A stretch of 64,000 bases of DNA, taken from assembly GCA_964016885.1 (NCBI GenBank), contig OZ024741.1:340938001-341002000 (forward strand), in the 5' to 3' direction. The notes below the pieces were generated by a model. It saw nothing but the letters and a program-made list of their open reading frames with translations, made no database searches and had not been told where the DNA came from. Shown piece by piece: positions 54,018-64,000 of this stretch; position 1 is the stretch's first letter; each line of letters begins with the position of its first letter. This stretch comes from Eledone cirrhosa (Eukaryota). A program made the position numbers and the translations under genes.

Positions 54018-54281
54018 CCCCCCCCCCCTCCTCTCTCTCTATATCTCTCTTTTTTTCTTTCTCCACAAAAAAGAAGAAATCGGTTGTATTCAGACCTGAA
54101 GAGTGGATGGTCTCCACCAGGTTTAACATATCCATGATGGCGCCCATGTGACTCCATCAAGAGTTGCGGGTCCATACCTACTTGTTCTGACACTTGACCG
54201 TTCAGGTGACCACAACTTGCTCATACGTTCGGTTTTTTTGGTATGGTTACCATGGCTAAATGCCTTTCCTAACGTCTTGGC

Positions 54282-54412
54282 CTGGTACTTTATTTTATCG
54301 ACTTCAAAAGGCTGAAAGGAAAAGTTGTCCTCGGGGGATTTGAACTCAGATTTCGGAGAGACGGAACAGGTACTGCAATATATGTTGTCTTACGAGTTAG
54401 AGACTCTACTAA
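54282..54412 (-). mobile_element. SINE family A
   Basis: CTGGTACTTTATTTTATCGAC...GGATTTGAACTCAGA. Confidence 0.7.
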
Positions 54413-54699
54413 TGAATGACTGTTTTAGTTTGTATTCTTGCTGTCGGTAATGAGGAATTTGAAAGTGTTGATACGATTTGTTGTAAATGTTGATGAATGG
54501 TGGGATTTCTTCAGGCCTTAGCTGGCATTTTAGTTGTCTCGTCGACGAAAGAGGTCATATAATAGTCTAAAGACAAAAGTTCCCAAATAGGTCAATATCA
54601 TATCCCAGATATCGATGGGACTGCCCGAGTGTTTGATTGAAATTTGGGGCGCAAACCTGACATTTGATAAGAAATGAAAATGCATAAAATAATACAAAA

Positions 54700-54890
54700 T
54701 AGAACTTGCTGGTCCATAAAGAGACAGGTGAGGACCTCTCTTAAATGGATGCCTGAAGGGGGATGTAGAAAACAATTCAGACCCGTCAAGACCTGGCTGA
54801 GGTTTGTGGAGGAAAATTTGGCAGTTATGGGTCTGACTTGGCCCAGAGCATTTCTCGTCACCTGATGCTCCATAGGGAGAAAAATAAACG
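54700..54890 (+). mobile_element. RTE-like LINE 3' remnant
   Basis: RTSLKWMPEGGCRKQFRPVKTWLRFVEENLAVMGLTW resembles AL.W.P.G.R..GRP..TW.R.VE. Confidence 0.6.
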
Positions 54891-56125
54891 AAATGTATAT
54901 ACAATTATTCGCTATTGTATATTTATTTACTTGTTTATATTTTGGACATGTCTTCGTGGAAATGAAAGGGTGAATGATTCCCAGAAGTGGCCGATGATCT
55001 AAAAATTTGGAGATCCCTGGTCAAGGTAGAAGGTGTGCATATTTCATTATGTAATTTTGTGTATGAGTAGTTTCAGTGGCTGATAGTAAAAACAATGTTT
55101 GCTAATGGCGTTAACTCGGTATCACATTATAGATATCTTCATTGGCGTTATTGTGCCATAGTATGTAGGAAGACCGTTGTTTTTGATGATGATGCTAATT
55201 ACTTTAAATGGTAAATGCAAGCTTCTCAATCGCAGAAAATAACTGTAATAACAGCCACTTTCTATAGATGGCAGTCAAGAAAATTAGGTAAATTCCCCTT
55301 AATCAATCAATAACAATCAATCAAGTTCTAGCAACTGGTACAGCCAGTCGATGGAGTTCCACCCTAGACGTTTCAATGGACCTTAAAAATGCTTGCTAGT
55401 GCGCTACTTCTCTCCTAAAATTTAACCTTAGACATGGAGAAAAATGTACGCAATTTTCTTAACTATTATTTATAATGACCAACTATTATTACAGATATTT
55501 TTTGTGTTTTGGGTGCTCACATTTTAAAATTGCAAATACTTCAGGCGCTTCGATAATTCATAAGGTCTGTTTTCTCTAAATAGTGTTTTATTGTTGACCT
55601 TGCCGTTTAAGTTGGATATACCCGTTTACAAGTTTTCTGGTTCTGTAAGTTATATTTCTATATTGTTTCTAGTTATTTCTGTTTCGTCTTTTGTTGCTGA
55701 GTAAATATTCCAGTAATATGTGATGCATCATGTTTGAAGTAATCATTGCTTTTTATGAGGTGGCCTATTTCTGTTTTGTAATTGAGGTCGTATCCTTTTA
55801 TGTTGCTTTCTGAGATATATTTAAGCGCGTCTATAGATATTTTATTGAATGTATGCAGAGCCAAGCAAATGGGTATTTAGCACCCTAGATTAGTCCTGCA
55901 ATGTGTGCCCCTTCTTCCAGTTATGCTCCCTATACTCACAAATAAAATAATTTCAACTTGCAGTTTGGTAATCCGACGAACATATTTTTTAATTTTTACA
56001 AGCCTGTATTTTCTACTCATACGAAATCGAAATCATAGGACAGGCCATAACACTAAACGACCCTCTTCATCAAGAAGGTGTTTCGTAATTTATTAATTGA
56101 TCGCAAAAAAAAAATATATATATAT

Positions 56126-56462
56126 AGAAAGATACACAGTAGGCTTTGTTTATAAACAGCGAAGATTTGAAAAGTAGCTAGTAATATGTGCTTACGCTGT
56201 ATTTAACTAAAATAAATTAGTGTATTAGTTGGGATTTAAAAAAGCCTTCTGAATGAAAAAAAGGGTGAACATTGACGTACATCGGACACGAACCACCAAC
56301 ATTGTAAATAGTTAGCACATTTGTTCGGCAAACCAAAGATGTGAGTTCGTGTTCCATGTACGTCAATGATCATCCTTTTTCCATTCAGAGGGGTTTTTTT
56401 TAAATCCCAACTAATACACTAATTTATTTTAGTGAAATACGACGTAAGTACATATTACTAGC
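56126..56462. mobile_element. Diverged fold-back (arms about 56177-56293 and 56345-56462) with a ~50-nt left tail
   Basis: Long inverted repeat with scattered mismatches; short TA runs at both outer edges. Confidence 0.7.
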
Positions 56463-56758
56463 AATTATATATTTAATTCAATTATACAAATTAGTATAAA
56501 ATTGCAATCCTTTAACGTTCACTAATGTACCTTTCTGAAGTATGTACACTAGGCGGCTGCCAAGTTGTCTTTAGTGTTAGCGCCGGCCCATTGAAGGCAT
56601 GCACTGCAATGCTTTTTATAGGTTACTGTATATTGTTGAATTCTGAAAATCTTGATTCTGTCTCTTGTGATACCTAGTTAGCATGTGTTTTGTGCTTTGT
56701 TTTCTTTGTTGATATGCTATTACATTGTGGGCTACTAGTCACCAGATAAGAAACCAAT

Positions 56759-56777
56759 GTATACATACATACATACA

Positions 56778-56839
<62 letters not shown>

Positions 56840-57011
56840 CATACATACACACATACACATATATATGTATATACATACACACATACATATATACATATAT
56901 TCACACATACACACAAACACACACGCATATATATATATGTGTGTGTGTGTGTGTATTTTGACGGTGCAAACGGGAGAAGCAAAACTTGCCCTCTCTCTCC
57001 CTCTCTCTCTT

Positions 57012-57042
<31 letters not shown>

Positions 57043-57045
57043 AAT
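56759..57045. repeat. (TACA)n/(TG)n/(CT)n/(TA)n compound microsatellite
   Basis: Direct reading. Confidence 0.93.
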
Positions 57046-57150
57046 ATATAAAGTGTGTGCGTAGTTCACAAGACATAACTGTCAACACAAAGACATGGCC
57101 TTGGATTTGTTGAATTAGCCCGCACCCACTTTACTATAAAAATGTGTGTA

Positions 57151-57200
<50 letters not shown>

Positions 57201-57286
57201 CAAACTAGTTTCTATATTTTAAGAATCAAAACATTTCAATTGTTCGGTCAGAATGACACGACCTAGAAAATGTGTGGCATTGAGAT

Positions 57287-57485
57287 CGGTGGTGGATTGG
57301 CAGTATCGGTTGAGCGTCGGACAATTTACTTTGTGGCATAGAGTTATGGCCCTTTGCTTTCTGAGTTCAAATCCCGCTGAGGATCGATAAATAAAGCCCC
57401 AGTGATGTACTGGGGTCGATTTAATCGACTTTCCCCTCACCCAAAATTGTTGGCCTTATGCCTTAAGTAGAAATAATAATTATTA
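57287..57485 (+). mobile_element. SINE family A, near full length
   Basis: GGTGGTGGATTGGCAGTATCGG A box, GAGTTCAAATCC B box, (ATT)n tail. Confidence 0.85.
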
Positions 57486-57770
57486 TTATCGTTGTTGTTG
57501 TTTTACAGTTGAACACATAACCATGTAACTTGGGTCCATGCATTATTTTTATTAAGTGTAAAGTCGCAATCGTATCAAATTATTTGATGCATGATGACTT
57601 GGTCAGAAATATTATTTTTGTAAATAATGTATAAAGAATTCAATGTGTGGTAATTTGACCTATTACGTGTTGGTGTGTGTGGACTTTGTTGTGGAAAATG
57701 TAATCTTGGTAAAAAGTTTTCTAGTTTTGTTAGCTTACTAAACTACATTGAAATTAGTATTATTTTAATA

Positions 57771-57966
57771 AGGGCGGTGGATTGGAAGTATCGGTTGAGG
57801 GTTGAACGCCATGGTTTACAGCATAGAGTTACGCCCCTTTATGATCTGAGTTCAAATCCCACCAAGGTTAACTTTGCCTTTCATCCTTAAGGGGTCGATA
57901 AAATAAAGCACCAGTAATGCACTGGGTTAATTGCTGGCCTTGTGCCAAAAGTAGAAATAATTATTT
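57771..57966 (+). mobile_element. SINE family A, near full length
   Basis: A and B boxes plus conserved body. Confidence 0.85.
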
Positions 57967-58460
57967 TAATGAGAATGGGACGCATAACTAGAAGAAGAGG
58001 ACATTCTTTGTAGAGCTAGCCTAGGGTGATAAACACCCATGTGTTGGGTCTGTTAATGACATGCTTATGACATTTAGGCATGTAACTTTACATTTTTAGT
58101 TGATATCCCACCGGGTTGACATTGTTTTTGATAGTTCTGGTAAGTAGATTAAATCAGAATTATACACCCTATGTGTCGTAATAGGTAACTAAAAAGGAAA
58201 GGGTTGGGACCATAATGGGCACCCACGATGAGTATGTTTTTTGTCATGGGGCCTGCAAAGCTAACCTCTTTTCAACCAAGGAAAACGGCCTTAATACGCT
58301 TGTACGCAGCCATGGCAAAACAGTAACATAAAAGCGTTAGATAATAAAATGCCAGCATAAGAACAGCACAAGGTTTAAGAGATTTTATCTCAAAATATTA
58401 AGAACTAATTAAACACTTCCAACAATTACAACAATTTTGTTGTCATTTTTTTAACCCTTT

Positions 58461-58584
58461 CCATTCTGAGTTCAAATCCCGCCGATCTCAACTTTGCCTT
58501 TCATCCTTAGGGGGTCGATAAAATAAAGTATCAGTAATGTACTGGGTAATTGCTGGCCTTGTGCCAAAAGTAAAAACATTTATT
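58461..58584 (+). mobile_element. SINE family A, partial
   Basis: B box and body. Confidence 0.8.
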
Positions 58585-58985
58585 TGTAACACTTGATGTC
58601 CTATTTCCATTGCTCTAGTCCTCTAATATAAAAAAAGAACACTCTATTTTCTACACTTTTCACAATGCTCCAAGCAAACTATAACACACTCTAAAGTTTT
58701 GTATTGTAATATTTATATTAATTTTTAAAAGTATATTTACAAATTCTCGATTCTTTTTTATTTTCAGTTAAAAAAAGTCACGGAATGAATTACAATCGAC
58801 TGGGATTTCGTCACATCATCTCAACAATGTCATAGGATTTGGATGTACAATGAAGCATTCTTTTTGCGGTTATCATCTTGTTGAAAGGGAAGATGAAAGG
58901 AATACAAATAGATAAAGAGACAAGAAGACTCTAGAGAGAAAAAAACATACAATTGCTAGATAGACAGACAGACAGATAGATAGAT

Positions 58986-59026
<41 letters not shown>

Positions 59027-59661
59027 TGTTTCTTTATTAGCCACAGGGGCACAAAAGAAGGGGACAAATACAAAGGGGGAAGTTTACATACAATAAAAAC
59101 GTGTAAAATGTTATCACAAATAGATAGATAGATAGATAGATATAGACAGATATAGACAGATAAGTGAACTTATAACAGCAATTCAATTATTACTAAACAA
59201 TATGGCGCTAAAACATTTTAGTGGGATATTTTGTTTCAAGTCTTTTTGTTTTATTTCATTTTCCCATCACTTTCCCGTTCTCAAAATACAAGGATTTTAT
59301 TGTCGACGCCACAACGATGATATTTCAAAGAATTCTGTCATTTCAACATTGAATGGCAATAACAACAATACCATAACCAGCGGCAACACAAACATCAGCA
59401 ACAACAAAAATCACAAAGCCGTGTTACATTGAAATGACATCATCATCAGCACGATCTTCATCAAGAAGAAGAACATAATCCTCAACAACAGCAACGACGA
59501 CAACAACATCAAAAACTATAATAATAATTATTATTTCTTTTATTAACCACAATGGATCTAGACGTTCGAGAACAATACAAGGAAGAAATAATACAAACAC
59601 ATTAGAGGGAGTTATACCGAGAGAAAAAAAGAGCTAAATCAGTAACAACAATAAAGAAATA

Positions 59662-59884
59662 ATAATAATTGTTTCTACTTTAGGCACAAGGCCAGCAATT
59701 TAAAGGGGATGGGAAAGTCGATTAAATCAACCCCGGTGTTTATTGGTACTTTACTTTATCGACCCTGTAAGGTTGAAACGCAAAGCTAACCTCGGCAGCA
59801 TTTGAACTCGGGTCGTAAAGGGGTGTAACTTTATGCTGCAAAGAATGGTGTCCGACACTCTACCAATACTGCCAATCAACCGCC

Positions 59885-59887
<3 letters not shown>
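59662..59887 (-). mobile_element. SINE family A, full length
   Basis: Reverse complement of the family pattern; flanked by (AAT)n. Confidence 0.85.
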
Positions 59888-59921
<34 letters not shown>

Positions 59922-60127
59922 TAATAGTGATTTTTGTTTTGTGAAAAGAAAATTTTTAAAAGAAAATTTCTAATCCAAAAGACATGAAAAGGAAATGAAA
60001 ACATAGGAATGAACAAAACGAGAAATGGTTAAATAATGAGAAAATTAATGAAATAATAACTGTGGATCGAAAGCAGAGAAAAGGATAAAGAGAATAAAGA
60101 AACGTGTAAAATAAACTAAGAATAAGT

Positions 60128-60427
60128 ATGAATGATATTAGTTTAACAACTCACGTAATAGCTGTAACGAATGTTGGAACAGCTGTGACCAATGACTCAG
60201 AATGGAGTTTGAGTCAACGACAAAACCACAGTATGCAGGTTTCAAGTATTATGTTTGGAACTGGCGTCTTTGGGAATATTTTAGCTTTGGTATTTCTCGC
60301 TAATTCAAAGAAGGAGCAAAGGCAGACGATATTCTACAAGTTGGCTGCAAGCCTCGTTGTCACCGATCTAATCGGAACAGTGGGTACGTCTCCTATCGTG
60401 ATAGCATCCTATGCCAATAACCAAACG
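60128..60427 (+). CDS. PTGER4: First coding exon of a prostanoid (prostaglandin E2 EP4-like) class A GPCR, N-terminus to TM2
   Basis: SSIMFGTGVFGNILALVFLANSKKEQRQTIFYKLAASLVVTDLIGTVGTSPIVIASY aligns to EP4 (MFIFGVVGN..KEQKETTFY..LAVTDLLGT..SP); N-glycosylation sequons NDS/NHS; GTAAGC donor at 60428 (phase 0). Orthology is not established. Confidence 0.85.
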
Positions 60428-60440
60428 GTAAGCAAGAACA

Positions 60441-60475
<35 letters not shown>

Positions 60476-60508
60476 GTGTGTTGTTTGTTTTGTTGTTTAT
60501 TGTCGTTT

Positions 60509-60898
60509 ATCTATATAATACTAAAAGTCTGTCATTGCTTGCTTGTTTGTATGTTAGGTAATACAGCCAAAAGGGCGCATAATGGGAAAATACTTTCAAA
60601 GGAAGTTGACCCTGAAATGCGAATACAAATGGAAAAAAACAAGTTTCGCGTAAATCGTTACACGGGTTCCCGAGATATGGGCTTTTCCGTGTAGCTTCAT
60701 AAACAGAGAGAGTGGCTATGAGAAAGTAGATTGAAAGAGAAACATAGAGAGAGGGAGAGGAGACAGAGAAGGAGAATGAAAGAGAGAAAGAGAGCTGGTG
60801 TTGTTGTTGTGTATATATATATGTGAGTGTGTGTGTGTATATATATGTGTGTATAGGGGGGTATATATGTGTGTGTGTATAAGCAGTGTATATAGATC
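60509..60898. mobile_element. Possible Helitron/Helentron-associated (DINE/Lep1-like) non-autonomous element in the GPCR intron
   Basis: ATCTATATA...TATATAGAT ends, AAGTTTCGCGTAAATCG...GGTTCCCGAGATAT motif, internal microsatellites. Confidence 0.4.
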
Positions 60899-60925
60899 AC
60901 AGTCACCCACATATATATATATATA

Positions 60926-61070
60926 TATAACAAAGATGAAATCAAAAATGCAACTGTAGTGTTATTTAAAAAAATATATATATATTTATTTGGTTCCTTT
61001 ACCGGTTTCGCAATTCTTCTGCTTTTCAAAAGTAGAGTTGAGATGGAGGGTGTGTAGTTTTTCTCACATC
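60926..61070 (-). mobile_element. Family X copy 4 (short terminus)
   Basis: Homology to 29115-29255; abuts (TA)n. Confidence 0.78.
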
Positions 61071-61428
61071 TGGTTGGTCTTTGAATGTTACTTGTTTTAT
61101 ATGGAAAAGAAGTGGCTTGAAACGCCAGGTTTTTAGAGAAGTAATTTGATTGGTTGGTCAATAATTATAATAAATTTCGCGCCAGTTCGCGTTACAAAGT
61201 TCTTCAAACAAGGGGGGAGGGGGCTCAGGTTGTTTTTTCATATATGAGTGTTTGAATTTCTTTTTACTTAAAAAAAGGGGGGCTCACGAAGGCTTTTTTT
61301 TAATAAACGTAATTTGATTGGTTATAAATTAAATTATGCTGTCACGTGAACAAGTTTTCATTAAATTTCGCGCCCTTATTTGGAAATCTATTCTGTAGCC
61401 TTTTTAGAGAATTTTATGACAAGCAAAA

Positions 61429-61607
61429 GATAATTGTTTCTACTTTTGGCACAAGGCCAGCAATTATTCCAGTATATTACTGGTACTTTATTTTATCGAC
61501 CCCGTAAGGATGAAAGGCTAAGTTAACCTCGGCAGGATTTGAACTCAGATTGTAAAGGGACATAACTATGCTGGAAAGCATGTCCGACACTCTACCGATA
61601 CTGCCGA
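61429..61607 (-). mobile_element. SINE family A
   Basis: Reverse A and B boxes plus body. Confidence 0.82.
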
Positions 61608-61673
61608 TAATGGTCAAGAGAAATGGGATGGGAGAATTGTTCTAGTTCAGTGAATATGGTTAGTTCGCTGGGG

Positions 61674-61860
61674 TGTCAGAATTCAGATTTTCTATTGAAA
61701 TAAAGAAAGTAAAGATATGTATGTTTATTTGTGTGCTTGTGTGTGTGTGTGTGTTGTCTGTGTGTTTGAATTTCAAACACACACACACAACACACAAGCA
61801 CACAAATAAACATACATATCTTTACTTTCTTTATTTCAATAGAAAATCTGAATTCTGACA
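61674..61860. repeat. Near-perfect 187-bp palindrome abutting (TA)n
   Basis: TGTCAGAATTCAG...TTTGAA T TTCAAA...CTGAATTCTGACA. Confidence 0.9.
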
Positions 61861-62034
61861 TGTATATATATGTATATATATATGTATATATGTATATATA
61901 TATGTGTATATATATATGTATGTATATGTATGTATATATATGTATATATATATATGTGTATATATATGTATATATATATGTTTCTATATATATGTGTATA
62001 TATATATGTGTATATATATATATATATGTATATA

Positions 62035-62073
<39 letters not shown>

Positions 62074-62190
62074 AAATATATATGTATATATATATGTATG
62101 TATATATATATATGTATATGTATATATATGTATATGTATATATATGTATATATATATGTATATATATGTATGTATATGTATATATATATG

Positions 62191-62241
<51 letters not shown>

Positions 62242-62344
62242 GTATATGCATATGTATATATATATATGTATATATATATATGTATATATATATATGTATG
62301 TATATATATATATGTATATATATATGTATATATATATGTATATA

Positions 62345-62389
<45 letters not shown>

Positions 62390-62836
62390 GTTTATATATG
62401 TATATATATATATCTTTATATATGTATGTATATATATGTGTATATATGTATGTATATATATGTATATATGTATGTATATATATGTATATATATGTGTATG
62501 TATATGTATATATATGTGTATATATATGTATATGTATATATATGTATGTATATGTATGTATATGTATATATATGTATGTATATATATATGTATATATATG
62601 TATATATATGTATATATATGTATATATATATGTATATATATATCTATATATATGTATATATATATGTATATATATGTATATATATGTATATGTATATATA
62701 TGTATATCTGTATATATATGTATATCTATATATATATATGTATATCTATATATATATGTATATGTATATATATATGTATATATATGTATATATATATGTA
62801 TATATATATATATATGTATATATATGTATATATATG

Positions 62837-62868
<32 letters not shown>

Positions 62869-62894
62869 TTATATATATATATATATATATAATA

Positions 62895-62941
<47 letters not shown>

Positions 62942-62958
62942 ATGTATATATATATGTT

Positions 62959-62994
<36 letters not shown>

Positions 62995-63084
62995 TATATA
63001 TATATATTTATATATATATATTTATATATATATTTATATATATATATTTATATATATTTATATATATTTATATATATATATATT

Positions 63085-63119
<35 letters not shown>

Positions 63120-63122
63120 ATT

Positions 63123-63195
<73 letters not shown>

Positions 63196-63264
63196 TTATA
63201 TATATTTATATATATATTTATATATATATTATATTTATATATTATATATATTTATATATATATT

Positions 63265-63295
<31 letters not shown>

Positions 63296-63643
63296 ATATT
63301 TATATATATATTTATATATATATATATATATATATATAAATATATTTATATATATAAATATATATATATATATAAATATATTTATATATATATTTATATA
63401 TATATATATATATATAAATATATTTATATATATATTTATATATATATATATTTATATATATATTTATATATATATTTATATATTTATATATATATATTTA
63501 TATATATATATATATTAATATATATATATATATACATATATATAAATATATTTATATATAAATATATATATATATATATAAATATATTTATATATAAATA
63601 TATATATATATATATTTATATATATATTTATATATATATAAAT

Positions 63644-63689
<46 letters not shown>

Positions 63690-63723
63690 ATACATATATA
63701 TACATATATATACATATATATAC

Positions 63724-63766
<43 letters not shown>

Positions 63767-64000
63767 TATATAGATATATATACATATATATATACATATA
63801 TATACATATACATATATATATAGATATACATATACATACATATATATATACATATATACATATACATACATATATATATATATACATATACATATATATA
63901 TACATATATATATACATATATATACATATATATATACATATACATACATATATATATACATATATATACATATACATACATATATATACATATACATACA
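61861..64000. repeat. (TA)n array with polarity change (TATG/TTTA variants, then TAAA/CATA variants)
   Basis: Direct reading. Confidence 0.96.

Noticed and set aside
60428-60694. C-terminal 88 aa of the 188-aa GPCR ORF
   Set aside because: Read-through past the GT donor into (TG)n intron sequence

Overview
Eukaryotic, extremely AT-rich and microsatellite-rich animal genomic DNA. The repeat content (huge (TA)n arrays, tRNA-derived SINEs, RTE/CR1 LINE remnants) suggests an octopus or other cephalopod, by inference. About 40% of the window is (TA)n-type or (GGT)n simple repeat, and nearly all long ORFs in the track are artefacts of these repeats. One host coding exon is recognisable: the N-terminus to TM2 of a prostaglandin EP4-like GPCR (60128-60427). 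The dominant biology is a cluster of Penelope-like retroelements (PLEs; Naiad-type RT plus GIY-YIG endonuclease) and their non-autonomous 3' fragments, inserted in (TA)n and carrying hammerhead ribozyme (HHR) motifs. Main unusual observations: (1) about 9 insertions from several different families share one architecture, a head-to-head fold-back in which one arm stops at a fixed short 3' terminus next to (TA)n and the other carries an extra 50-90 nt tail; (2) the two arms of one fold-back differ only at synonymous sites, which suggests two different source RNAs in one insertion; (3) one PLE has an in-frame UGA at a conserved Cys with a SECIS-like hairpin downstream; (4) a 4-copy family has a U3-A8 covariant hammerhead core; (5) a poly-C tract between RT and endonuclease sets the reading frame differently in different copies. 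All alignments and folds were done by eye.
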